Shown: positions 27,365-36,790 of the stretch, one piece after another
Layout of the letters: each line of letters opens with the position of its first letter
How positions within the stretch are numbered: position 1 is the stretch's first letter
Assembly: GCA_002067865.1 (NCBI GenBank)
Contig: MVRC01000018.1
Location: forward strand, 1-53,540
DNA: 53,540 nt
Origin: Methanomassiliicoccales archaeon PtaU1.Bin124
Lineage (GTDB): Archaea; Thermoplasmatota; Thermoplasmata; Methanomassiliicoccales; UBA472
Direction of reading: 5' to 3'
Position numbers and translations under genes: made by a program
Notes under the pieces: generated by a model
Database searches by the model: none
What the model saw: the letters and a program-made list of their open reading frames with translations, nothing else
What the model was told of the DNA's origin: nothing

Positions 27365-29563
27365 ATGGGACGTAAAGAGGACAACATCAAAAAGGCCCAG
27401 TCCATCATGACCCAGCCTAAGTACATCAGGAACATCGGTACCGCGGCGCACATCGACCATGGTAAGACCACTCTGTCCGATAACCTGATCTGCGGCGCTG
27501 GTATGATGTCCGAGAACCTGGCGGGAAAGCAGCTCATGCTCGACTTCGATGAGCAGGAGCAAGCCCGCGGGATCACCATCAACGCAGCTAACGCTTCGAT
27601 GGTGCACACCTATGGTGGCCACGAGTATCTGATCAACCTGATCGATACCCCGGGCCACGTCGACTTCGGCGGCGACGTCACCAGGGCCATGCGTGCCCTG
27701 GACGGTGCCATCATTCTCTGTTGCGCGGTCGAGGGCATCATGCCCCAGACCGAGACCGTCATTAGGCAGGCTCTGAAGGAGCGTGTCAGGCCGGTCCTGT
27801 TCATCAACAAGGTCGACCGTCTCATCAACGAGCTGAAGGTCACCCAGGAGCAGATGCAGCAGCGCTTCGTCCAGATCATCACCGAGGTCAACAAGCGTAT
27901 CGTCGCTCAGCTGCCAGATGACCTTAAGAAGGCTTGGCAGGTCAAGGTCGAGGACGGCTCCGTCGCCTTCGGCTCTGCTTACAACAACTGGGCCATCTCT
28001 GCCCCCTACATGAAGAAGAGCGGCATATCCTTCAAGGACGTTTACGAGTACTGTAAGAACGGTGACCAGAAGACCCTGGCAAAGCGCTCCCCGGTCCACG
28101 AGGTGCTGCTTGACATGGCCATCACACACGTTCCCAACCCCCAGGACGCACAGAAGCGCCGTATCCCGGTCATCTGGAAGGGAGACCAGTCCAGTGAGAT
28201 CGGCCAGGCTATGCTCAACTGCGACACGAAGGGGCCGGTCGCGTTCATGGTCACGAAGATCATCATGGACCCCCATGCAGGCGAGGTCGCCGTCGGTCGT
28301 TTGTTCAGCGGGAAGATCGTAAGGGGTCAGGAGCTATACATCGCGGGCATGCCCAACCCCAACCGCGTCCAGACCGTTTCATTGAGCGTCGGTGCGGACC
28401 GTATCCCGGTCGATGAGGTCGACGCCGGTAACATCGTCGCCGTCTCCGGCCTGAAGGATGCAGTGGCTGGTTCCACCGTTTCCTCCCTGGCAGACATGGA
28501 GTCGTTCGAGAAGATTACCCACTACACTGAGCCGGTCGTTACCGTGGCCATCGAGGCGAAGCACATGAAGGACCTGCCAAAGCTGGTCGAAGTGCTTCGT
28601 TCCATTGGAAAGGCCGACCCATCGCTTCAGGTTCAGATCAACCAGGAAACTGGAGAGAACCTGTTGGCGGGTATGGGTGAGCTGCACTTGGAGATTACCC
28701 AGTACCGTATCGTCAACGATCATAAGTGCGAGATAAAGGCCTCCCCGCCAATCGTCGTCTACCGTGAGAACGTCAAAGAGAAGGGCGGGCCGTTCGAAGG
28801 TAAGTCCCCCAACAAGCACAACCGCTTCTTCATCGAGGCGATGCCGTTGGAGGAGGCCGTCGTGAAGGCCATCAAATCTGGCGATATCAACAGCTCTGCG
28901 AAGATCAAGGACCCGAAGGCCCTGGCGAAGCAGCTGCAGGACCTGGGCATGGACAAGGACGAGGCCAAGTCCGTAGTGTGCTTCAAGGAGGACAACGTCT
29001 TCCTGGACATGACCAAAGGTATCCAGAACCTCAACGAGACCATCGAACTGTGCAAGCAGGCCTTCGATGAGGCCATGTCCGTCGGTCCGTTGGCCCAGGA
29101 GAGGGTCGCCGGTATGAAGATTCGTCTGGTCGATGCCAAGCTGCACGAGGACAGCGTCCACCGCGGTCCTGGTCAGGTCATCCCTGCCACCCGCTCCGCC
29201 ATATACGGTGCGATGTGCCTGGGCGAGCGCATCCTGCTCGAACCCATGCAGAAGATCTTCATCAATGTCCCGCAGGACATGATGGGTGACGTCACCCGTG
29301 AATTGCAGTCCCGCCGTTCCACCATCGAGGACATCAACAGCGAGGGCGACAACGCCATAGTCGTGGCGCGTGCCCCGGTCGCCGAGATGTTCGGGTTCGC
29401 TTCCGCGATCCGCGGTGCGACTCAGGGACGCGCTCTGTGGTCGACCGAGAACTCCGGATTCGTCCGCCTCCCGACCGAACTGCAGAAGACCGTCGTTGCT
29501 TCGATCCGCAAGAGGAAGGGCCTTAACCCCGAGCCATATGACGCCGCTTACTATAGCGGCTGA
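27365..29563 (+). CDS. fusA: Elongation factor 2 (aEF-2)
   Basis: G1 AHIDHGKTT, DTPGHVDF, G-domain then domains II-V. ATG at 27365 is preferred over GTG at 27356. Confidence 0.9.
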   Translation: MGRKEDNIKKAQSIMTQPKYIRNIGTAAHIDHGKTTLSDNLICGAGMMSENLAGKQLMLDFDEQEQARGITINAANASMVHTYGGHEYLINLIDTPGHVDFGGDVTRAMRALDGAIILCCAVEGIMPQTETVIRQALKERVRPVLFINKVDRLINELKVTQEQMQQRFVQIITEVNKRIVAQLPDDLKKAWQVKVEDGSVAFGSAYNNWAISAPYMKKSGISFKDVYEYCKNGDQKTLAKRSPVHEVLLDMAITHVPNPQDAQKRRIPVIWKGDQSSEIGQAMLNCDTKGPVAFMVTKIIMDPHAGEVAVGRLFSGKIVRGQELYIAGMPNPNRVQTVSLSVGADRIPVDEVDAGNIVAVSGLKDAVAGSTVSSLADMESFEKITHYTEPVVTVAIEAKHMKDLPKLVEVLRSIGKADPSLQVQINQETGENLLAGMGELHLEITQYRIVNDHKCEIKASPPIVVYRENVKEKGGPFEGKSPNKHNRFFIEAMPLEEAVVKAIKSGDINSSAKIKDPKALAKQLQDLGMDKDEAKSVVCFKEDNVFLDMTKGIQNLNETIELCKQAFDEAMSVGPLAQERVAGMKIRLVDAKLHEDSVHRGPGQVIPATRSAIYGAMCLGERILLEPMQKIFINVPQDMMGDVTRELQSRRSTIEDINSEGDNAIVVARAPVAEMFGFASAIRGATQGRALWSTENSGFVRLPTELQKTVVASIRKRKGLNPEPYDAAYYSG

Positions 29564-29575
29564 GGTCGAAAACCG

Positions 29576-29584
29576 TTATATAAT
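29576..29584 (+). promoter_or_regulatory. TATA box (TTATATAAT) in the fusA-tuf spacer; internal promoter for tuf
   Basis: ttatataat sits ~56 nt before the tuf ATG. An aggagga RBS is at 29626-29632. Further tata-like repeats lie at 29608-29627. Confidence 0.35.
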
Positions 29585-29639
29585 AAGAACAATATCGAGC
29601 AAAAAAGCTATAAATGGTATATAAAAAGGAGGAAGAAAC

Positions 29640-30917
29640 ATGGCAGAGAAGCCCCACATGAATATCGTCTTCATCGGTCACGTCGATCACGGCAAGTCCA
29701 CCACTGTCGGCCGCGTCCTGTTGGAGACTGGCGCTATCGACAAGTATGTGATCGAGAAGTTCAGGAAGGAGGCCGAAGAGAAGGGAAAGGCCACTTTCGA
29801 GTTCGCCTGGGTCATGGACAACCTGAAGGAAGAGCGCGAGCGCGGTGTGACCATCGATGTGTCTCACAAGAAGTTCACCACCGACAAGTACTACTTCACC
29901 GTCATCGACGCCCCGGGCCACCGTGACTTCGTCAAGAACATGATCACCGGTACCAGCCAGGCCGACGCCGCTATCGTCGTCTGCTCTGCCATCGAGGGAC
30001 CGCAGGCTCAGACCAAGGAGCACATCTTCCTCGCGAAGACCCTCGGTGTGAAGCAGATCATCATCGCCATCAACAAGATGGATGCGATCAAGCCGGCCTA
30101 CGATGAGGCTCAGTACAAGAAGGTCGTCGGCGAGGTCTCCAACCTCCTGAAGGCCGTCGGATACAAGCTCGAAGAGGTCCCATTCATCCCGATCTCCGCC
30201 TACACCGGCGAGAACATCGTGAAGGCCTCTGACAAGATGGGCTGGTACAAGGGCGACAGCCTGGTGGCCGCGCTGAACAAGCTGAAGGTCCCCGAGCCCA
30301 TGACCGGCAAGGCCCTGCGCCTGCCGATCCAGGACGTCTACACCATCACTGGTATCGGAACCGTGCCCGTCGGCCGTGTCGAGACCGGTGTCTTGAAGCC
30401 GGACATGAAGCTCATCTTCATGCCGTCCAACAAGATCGGTGAGGTCAAGTCCATCGAGATGCACCACGAGCAGCTGCCACAGGCCATCCCCGGCGACAAC
30501 GTCGGTTTCAACGTCCGTGGCATCGCCAAGAACGACATCAAGCGCGGTGACGTTGCTGGCCCGGTCGACAACCCGCCGACCGTCGCTAAGACCTTCACCT
30601 GCCAGATCGTCGTGCTGAACCACCCGACCGCCATCCCAGTTGGATACACCCCGGTGTTCCACTGCCACACCGCTCAGGTCGCATGCACGTTCATCGAGCT
30701 TCAGAAGAAGCTGGACCCCAAGACCGGACAGGTCAAGGAGGAGAACCCCACCTTCCTGAAGACCGGCGATGTCGCCATTGTCAAGGTCGAGCCGACCAAG
30801 CCGATGGTCGTCGAGAAGGCGAAGGACTTCCCGCAGCTGGGCAGGTTCGCCATCCGCGACATGGGCCAGACCGTGGCCGCCGGTATGTGTGTCGATGTCG
30901 AAAAGAGGGAGATGTAA
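29640..30917 (+). CDS. tuf: Elongation factor 1-alpha (aEF-1A)
   Basis: [21 protein letters not shown] motifs. 425 aa. Confidence 0.9.
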   Translation: MAEKPHMNIVFIGHVDHGKSTTVGRVLLETGAIDKYVIEKFRKEAEEKGKATFEFAWVMDNLKEERERGVTIDVSHKKFTTDKYYFTVIDAPGHRDFVKNMITGTSQADAAIVVCSAIEGPQAQTKEHIFLAKTLGVKQIIIAINKMDAIKPAYDEAQYKKVVGEVSNLLKAVGYKLEEVPFIPISAYTGENIVKASDKMGWYKGDSLVAALNKLKVPEPMTGKALRLPIQDVYTITGIGTVPVGRVETGVLKPDMKLIFMPSNKIGEVKSIEMHHEQLPQAIPGDNVGFNVRGIAKNDIKRGDVAGPVDNPPTVAKTFTCQIVVLNHPTAIPVGYTPVFHCHTAQVACTFIELQKKLDPKTGQVKEENPTFLKTGDVAIVKVEPTKPMVVEKAKDFPQLGRFAIRDMGQTVAAGMCVDVEKREM

Positions 30918-30957
30918 TCTCCTTTCCCTTCCCTTTTCCTTTATTTGAGGGTTAAAC

Positions 30958-31269
30958 ATGGCGCAGCGTGCAAGGATTTCATTGAGCGGAACTGACCCGA
31001 AGAAGGTAGACAGCGTTTGCGGCCAGATTAAGCAGATCTCGCAGAGGACCGGCGTGGCAATTCGCGGACCCATCCCCCTGCCCACCAAGAGGCTGCAGGT
31101 TCCCTGCAGGAAGTCTCCTGATGGTGAGGGATCCGAGACTTGGGACCGCTGGGAGATGCGCATCCACAAGCGCCTCATCGACCTCGATGCCGATGAGAGG
31201 GCGCTCAGGCAGCTGATGCGTATCCAGGTGCCCGACGGTGTCAATATCGAGATCGTGCTCAGGTCGTAA
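30958..31269 (+). CDS. rps10: 30S ribosomal protein S10 (uS10)
   Basis: 103 aa with typical S10 sequence (RIRLSGTD-like start, GPIPLPTK). Confidence 0.85.
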   Translation: MAQRARISLSGTDPKKVDSVCGQIKQISQRTGVAIRGPIPLPTKRLQVPCRKSPDGEGSETWDRWEMRIHKRLIDLDADERALRQLMRIQVPDGVNIEIVLRS

Positions 31270-31410
31270 AACCCTTTCCGCGTAACCTCTTAATCCCCCA
31301 GAAGTTGTTCTTGAAGACTGGGGCTTCAATATTCCTCCACTCCAGGCCATTGGCCGGAGTTTTTCCAATGTCGTTTGATCATCATACGTTCGCGCGCGTG
31401 CCAGTCCCAA

Positions 31411-31418
31411 TTCTATAT
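31411..31418 (+). promoter_or_regulatory. TATA box (TTCTATATAA) ~28 nt upstream of the ilvD ATG, implying a leaderless transcript
   Basis: ttctatataattgaaaaatcatcacgattcgatcaccATG. The TATA-to-ATG spacing matches the TATA-to-TSS distance. The listed TTG at 31421 sits inside or next to the TATA box and is rejected as a start. Confidence 0.4.
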
Positions 31419-31447
31419 AATTGAAAAATCATCACGATTCGATCACC

Positions 31448-33094
31448 ATGCGCAGCGATTGCGTCAAGAAGGGCGTTGCCAAGGCCCCCAGCAGGAGCCT
31501 TCTGCGCGCCGATGGCCTGAAAGACAGCGACTTCGACAAGCCTTTCATCGGAATTGCCAACTCTTGGAACGAGATCATACCAGGGCATATCCACCTGAAC
31601 AAGCTCTATGACGAGGTCAGGAAGGGCATAGTCGAGGCAGGAGGAGTACCTTTCTCGTTCGGTATCCCCGGCATCTGCGACGGTATTGCCATGGGACACG
31701 TGGGCATGCGATACTCGCTCACCTCCAGAGAGACGATCGCCGATTGCGTCGAGCTCATGGTCCAGGCGCACCGCTTCGATGCATGGGTCGGGCTCACCAA
31801 CTGTGACAAGATCACTCCGGGAATGCTGATGGCAGGCGGCCGAATGGACGTTCCGATGATCATGCTGACCGGCGGTCCGATGGAAGCAGGGAAGAAGGAT
31901 GGCAAGAACCAAGACCTGCAGAACGTGTTCGAGGCACTAGGTCAGTATACTGCCGGCAAGATCAGCGAGAAGGACGTCATCGAAGTCGAGCGCTGCGCCT
32001 GCCCTGGAGCCGGGGCGTGCTCCGGACTGTTCACGGCCAACACCATGGCCTGTCTCACCGAGGTTCTGGGATTGTCACTGGTCGGCTGCGGAACCATGCT
32101 CGCCACGGACAAGAGGAAGCTCGAGATGGCGAGGGAGACCGGTAGGAAGGCTGTGGAGTTGGCAATGAACGAGGTCAAACCGCGCAGCATTGCCACCAAA
32201 CAAGCGTTCCTGAACGCCATCAAGGTCGATATGGCCATCGGGGGCTCGACGAACACTGCGTTGCATCTACCGGCCATTGCGTACGAGTTCGGCGTGGACA
32301 TCGACCTGCACACCTTCGACTCCATATCGAGGGAGGTCCCCCACCTCACTAGCATAAGGCCGTCCGGGCCTTATGTGATGGGCGAGTTCGATAAGGCAGG
32401 CGGTGTTCCTGGCATAATGCATCGTCTGCAGGCAATGCTCGACGATTGCCAGACCGTAAGTGGAAGAACATCTAGGCAGATCGCTAAGGAGAGCAAGGTG
32501 AAGGATGATGAGATCATCCGCACTCTGGACAGGCCGTTCCATAAGGAAGGCGGTATCGCGGTCCTCTATGGCAACCTGGCCCCTAAAGGCTCGGTGATCA
32601 AGCAAGCTGCCGTTTCCGAGTCGATGATGAAGTTCACCGGTGTTGCTAAGGTTTTCGATTGCGAGGATGACGCCTCGGCTGCAATCAGTAAGGGAGAGAT
32701 CAAGAGCGGAGATGTCGTTGTCATCCGATATGAAGGTCCGAAGGGAGGACCAGGGATGCCGGAGATGCTCGGGCCGACCAGTATGATCTCTGGCATGGGC
32801 CTCTCCGAGTCTGTAGCGTTAATTACCGATGGCCGTTTCTCAGGCGCCACACGTGGCGGATGCATCGGGCATGTCTGTCCAGAAGCGTTCGACAAAGGCC
32901 CGATCGCTGCTGTGGAGGACGGAGACAAGATTAGGATCGATATTCCTGCCAGGAAGCTCGAGCTGCTCATCTCCGATAAGGAACTGAAGGGCCGTCTGGC
33001 CAATGTCAAAATTGTCGATCACAAGCCGACCGGTGTGCTGGCCAAGTACCGTAAGCTCGTTGCGGGAGCGGACGAAGGGGCTATCAGCAAGTGA
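31448..33094 (+). CDS. ilvD: Dihydroxy-acid dehydratase
   Basis: MRSDCVKKG start typical of IlvD. PFIGIANSWNEIIPGH. Cys ligands for the Fe-S cluster (CDGIAMGH, CPG). 548 aa. Confidence 0.85.
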   Translation: MRSDCVKKGVAKAPSRSLLRADGLKDSDFDKPFIGIANSWNEIIPGHIHLNKLYDEVRKGIVEAGGVPFSFGIPGICDGIAMGHVGMRYSLTSRETIADCVELMVQAHRFDAWVGLTNCDKITPGMLMAGGRMDVPMIMLTGGPMEAGKKDGKNQDLQNVFEALGQYTAGKISEKDVIEVERCACPGAGACSGLFTANTMACLTEVLGLSLVGCGTMLATDKRKLEMARETGRKAVELAMNEVKPRSIATKQAFLNAIKVDMAIGGSTNTALHLPAIAYEFGVDIDLHTFDSISREVPHLTSIRPSGPYVMGEFDKAGGVPGIMHRLQAMLDDCQTVSGRTSRQIAKESKVKDDEIIRTLDRPFHKEGGIAVLYGNLAPKGSVIKQAAVSESMMKFTGVAKVFDCEDDASAAISKGEIKSGDVVVIRYEGPKGGPGMPEMLGPTSMISGMGLSESVALITDGRFSGATRGGCIGHVCPEAFDKGPIAAVEDGDKIRIDIPARKLELLISDKELKGRLANVKIVDHKPTGVLAKYRKLVAGADEGAISK

Positions 33095-33265
33095 TCAGCC
33101 CAGGCCAGGTCCAATGACCCGTTCGAGATCTAAAGGACGAAGAGGACGGCCGTGAAGGACTATTAACACTGGCCAGACTCTCATCCGTTTCGATCTCAAA
33201 ATGATATCCGGATCGACATCGGGTTCAGAAACAATTAAATCCAGCGTGTCATTACCACAGCGCAA

Positions 33266-33342
33266 GGGCGGATAGATCAGACTGGAAGATCGCCTGATTT
33301 GCAATCAGGAGGTCTCGGGTTCAAATCCCGATCCGTCCACCA
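33266..33342 (+). tRNA. tRNA-Ala(UGC), 77 nt with encoded CCA
   Basis: Manual fold. G3.U70 identity pair. Anticodon stem cctga/tcagg with loop tUUGCaa. T-arm tcggg-ttcaaat-cccga. T-rich tract follows (catttttctttc). Confidence 0.85.
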
Positions 33343-33526
33343 TTTTTCTTTCATTCAAAATCAAAACCATCCTTTTTTAATATTTTAAATTAAAAAGAAT
33401 TTAATTTTTAGGGCACACAAAGTTAAATAAAAACCGTCCCACCTGTTATAAACGATAATATTTCGGGGGGCGGTTCTGGTGGATCTGAAAAGATATAAGG
33501 TGCGTATGGAGCCAGGGGCGGGAACG

Positions 33527-35830
33527 ATGAGGAGGACCAACATCCTGCTCATACTCACCTCGTTGATCTTGTCCGGCGTAGGTCCGATCCTATTGATCAC
33601 CACGGGCCAGGTGAATGCCGCTTCATCAGGTCTCCCCGATCCCCCCACCGATCTTACCGTAGAGCCAGATGACTTCGGGATTTATCTGAACTGGACCGTA
33701 CCTTTGGATGATGGTGGCAGTCCGATAACTGAATATCGCGTTTATAAATGGGACAATGAAACCTGGCCCCCGGTCTATGGTACCTGGTCCTTCAGCGGAA
33801 TGACCACCACCAGGATAGGAGGCCACATCGATGTTGAGGATTACTATCTCAGAGGAAACACCACCACCTACTTCTACGTTACAGCAATGAATGGCAATGG
33901 AGAAAGTACGAAGAGCAACGAAGTGAACGTGACCGCGAACTTCCGGCCCTGGAGGGTTTCATTGATCACCTTTGAGGGCGGATGGTGGGTCACGGACTGG
34001 GGCAACGGTTATGCCTATCTCGATTGGGAACCCCCTGCCGATGATGGCGGCCTGAAAATTCTGTATTACGAGATCCAACGCTCTCGCCAGGTTTTCGATG
34101 AATCACTGGGTTATGACGTCAGTGTTGATTGGCAAAACGTCACTGTGCCAGGAAGCCAGACAGAATATCTCGACGAAAGCGTCAGCAACGGAGTCGAATA
34201 TGAGTACGCAGTTCATGCTGTCAATTCCTTGGGACCTGGCATGGGATGGGTCTATCCGGTCACTCCAGGCACACCGTCTTGTGTGGGCGATCTTACCGCT
34301 GTCGGTGGGAACGGGACCGTGGAACTAAGCTGGACCGCTCCGGTCAAGGATTGCGGCAGCCCGATCACGCATTACGCCATTCAACGTCTGGACTGGTCCT
34401 CTGGCTATCCATATGAAACGGTAAATTTCACCTGCCCTGGCACACAGACCAAGTTCGTTGATACCAGCGCGCCAAATGGGCATTCGCTTCAATATTCCGT
34501 GGCCGCGTGCAATGCTCTCGGCGGTGCCGGAGGTGTAGAGGTTACATCGGCCATGTCTCATGGCGATCCTTCTCGTCCATGGAACCTCACCGCATCATGG
34601 GAGACCGATGAGGCCGGAAAACCGTTCATCACGGTCACATGGAGCCCGCCGGACTCAGCAACCGATATTGGTCAAATGTACCAAGTGTACAAATCGGGCG
34701 GCATGTTCGCGGTGATGAAGCTGGGATGCAGCGGAACGAGCTATGTCGACAGCGAAGTGATCGAGGGCGTGGCCTATACCTACTTTGTAACGACCTCTGT
34801 GGATGAGGCCGAGAGCGGACCGACCGAACCGATCACGATCACCCCTGGATATGGATCGTTGGCCCCGCAGGACCTCTTCGCTGTTCCTGGTAAGGGTTTC
34901 ATTAACCTATCCTGGAGGCCTCCCTACGATTTCGACAGAGTTGTTTCCTATGATGTGCTGAGAGGGACCGATGCGGACCATCTGACCAAGATCGCTTCAC
35001 TATCTCCGGGCACTTTAGGCTTGAACGATACAGATGTGAAGGCCGGCCTGACCTATTATTATTCAGTGAAGGCAATAGATAATGGCAATGGGTTCGGGAC
35101 CAGCGGGGTCGTAGAACGGACCGTTGCTGGCACTCCAGCATCGAATGGCGGGAGTATTTTGTGGGTGGCCATCGGGCTCGTCGCAATAGGGATAATCGTA
35201 TCTTCCGCCATCTGGATCTTTACCAAGTGGAACGGAAGGAAGAAACTTGGGGCAATAGCGATCGTGGCCATCATCGTCGCTGCCGGGGTCACCGTAGCAT
35301 CCTCCCTGAGGTCCGATGGGGCCGCAGGATCGGCATCCTCAACCATCTGGGAGCCGAAGATTGGTGATTTCTTCGAGTATGGCTACGAATATGGGGATGT
35401 CACCCAAGGGATGAAGGTCATGATCACATCCATCGGGGACACCACCATGACCGTGAACATAACGTTGCTGATATCTGGACAGGATCCTTACGTAATGGAA
35501 CAGACCTGGCAGAAGGATTCGACCATGGGCATGGGTCTGGGCCAGACCAACGGCGCAGATATCTTCTCCCTCTTCTCCGGGGGATCCGTCAGCAATGAGA
35601 CCTTGGCAACGGAATGGGGCTATCTCTGGACCGAGCACAAGGTGATGTGGATCGAAGAAATGGCAGGGATGCCGGTGAACATGACCCTCGAGATATGGCA
35701 GTGTGGGAACATAATCATCCAGACCGATGTCACCATGATCATGGACTGGGGCTATGGCCCTCCCACCCTCAGCTCCTTTCACATGCTCCGCTTGATCGAT
35801 ACGAACATCCTGCAGATTATAAGCCCGTGA
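33527..35830 (+). CDS. Large secreted/surface protein with ~5 fibronectin type III-like repeats and C-terminal TM anchors
   Basis: N-terminal signal/TM (ILLILTSLILSGVGPILL). Repeated FN3 signatures: LTVEPDDFGIYLNWTVPLDDGGSPITEYRVY, LDWEPPADDGGLKILYYEIQRS, LSWTAPVKDCGSPITHYAIQRL, VTWSPPDSATD, LSWRPPYDFDRVVSYDVLRG. Two hydrophobic helices near aa 560-600. An alternative start is at 33479. Confidence 0.65.
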   Translation: MRRTNILLILTSLILSGVGPILLITTGQVNAASSGLPDPPTDLTVEPDDFGIYLNWTVPLDDGGSPITEYRVYKWDNETWPPVYGTWSFSGMTTTRIGGHIDVEDYYLRGNTTTYFYVTAMNGNGESTKSNEVNVTANFRPWRVSLITFEGGWWVTDWGNGYAYLDWEPPADDGGLKILYYEIQRSRQVFDESLGYDVSVDWQNVTVPGSQTEYLDESVSNGVEYEYAVHAVNSLGPGMGWVYPVTPGTPSCVGDLTAVGGNGTVELSWTAPVKDCGSPITHYAIQRLDWSSGYPYETVNFTCPGTQTKFVDTSAPNGHSLQYSVAACNALGGAGGVEVTSAMSHGDPSRPWNLTASWETDEAGKPFITVTWSPPDSATDIGQMYQVYKSGGMFAVMKLGCSGTSYVDSEVIEGVAYTYFVTTSVDEAESGPTEPITITPGYGSLAPQDLFAVPGKGFINLSWRPPYDFDRVVSYDVLRGTDADHLTKIASLSPGTLGLNDTDVKAGLTYYYSVKAIDNGNGFGTSGVVERTVAGTPASNGGSILWVAIGLVAIGIIVSSAIWIFTKWNGRKKLGAIAIVAIIVAAGVTVASSLRSDGAAGSASSTIWEPKIGDFFEYGYEYGDVTQGMKVMITSIGDTTMTVNITLLISGQDPYVMEQTWQKDSTMGMGLGQTNGADIFSLFSGGSVSNETLATEWGYLWTEHKVMWIEEMAGMPVNMTLEIWQCGNIIIQTDVTMIMDWGYGPPTLSSFHMLRLIDTNILQIISP

Positions 35831-36416
35831 GGCCCAGCCATATGGTCAGAATGTAGAACAACGTGACGGCGATGATCATCCCAACGATGATCAGCATGAA
35901 CTGCCTCATCGGTCTTTGCGTCAAGGTGGTTCCAGCCGCAGCCACGACCGTTCCGAATGCCATTATCACGGTCGCTAGCAGGTACGCGTTCGCCTCTCCG
36001 GCAAAGCTCTTTGCCTTGGTCGAGTTGGCGTCCGATTTGTTCATGAAGACATTATAATCGGCCAGCGTGTTCTGAGCGAACGCTCCCCATGCCTGCCCAA
36101 AGTTATTATTGTACTTTGATGAACCAGTACCATCAACGTTCACATAGCCCATTTCCACACAGTATGCCTTGGCCCTCAAGTTCTCAGCGATCGTATAGTA
36201 TGTCATATCATGATTGATGTCCCCGAGGGTCTCCTGGACATCAGCATCGCTCAACAACTGCTGGTCATGCGTGATCAACTGCATCCCTCTGTCATAGCTG
36301 AATGTGGCCTCGCTCTGCCATTTCAAGCTGACGTTCGACGCCCCCATCGCCTCCCTGCCCGCCTCCGCAGATAGGAACCCGGCCAAGCCAGATGTGGCCG
36401 CGGCCATTGCGATCAA
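35817..36416 (-). CDS. Hypothetical exported/membrane-anchored protein (N-terminal signal, C-terminal TM helices)
   Basis: 199 aa. 3' end overlaps the FN3 gene by 14 nt in convergent orientation. Confidence 0.4.
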   Translation of the reverse strand: MIAMAAATSGLAGFLSAEAGREAMGASNVSLKWQSEATFSYDRGMQLITHDQQLLSDADVQETLGDINHDMTYYTIAENLRAKAYCVEMGYVNVDGTGSSKYNNNFGQAWGAFAQNTLADYNVFMNKSDANSTKAKSFAGEANAYLLATVIMAFGTVVAAAGTTLTQRPMRQFMLIIVGMIIAVTLFYILTIWLGLTGL

Positions 36417-36790
36417 CAGTGCGAACAGCTTCTCATGATATTTTCGTGGATCCTGTGCAGCATCGCTTATGTTCTCTCCCCCTCACAATCGAAATAAGAA
36501 ATGGGCGGGCCGGCAATCCATGCATTTCCGATCTCCTCATTTCGGACTCATGAAACCAATGATTGAAGCCAGGCCTGATCGTGACCATCGTTTCAAAAAT
36601 ATTATTGATTGGAGTAATAATGATTTGCCAATGCCGAACGATATATCTCCGGCATGAGGTCAGAAATATTTGAGAGGGGAACGAGCGCATGTCCCCAAAT
36701 TGTCATTTTTCCGGATTCCTGGCTTATTCGGATAATGTCCTTTCAAAAAGGATAAGAACCGTGGGCTGATTTACCTGATACGGGCACCAA

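Noticed and set aside
27020-31244. Long minus-strand ORFs antisense to fusA and tuf (418, 260 and 573 aa)
   Set aside because: They lie opposite highly conserved, codon-biased EF-2/EF-1alpha genes. Translations are low-complexity (D/G/L/V-rich) antisense artefacts.
31421-31447. TTG at 31421 as the ilvD start (the listed 557-aa ORF)
   Set aside because: It lies inside or next to the TATA box. The ATG at 31448 gives the canonical MRSD... IlvD N-terminus and fits leaderless initiation.
36417-36790. ~370-nt intergenic region upstream of the CPA2 antiporter, with small ORFs (36433..36690 -, 36469..36657 +); considered as a possible riboswitch or ncRNA
   Set aside because: No recognisable conserved ncRNA motif or convincing stem-loop architecture could be identified by eye. 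Left unannotated.
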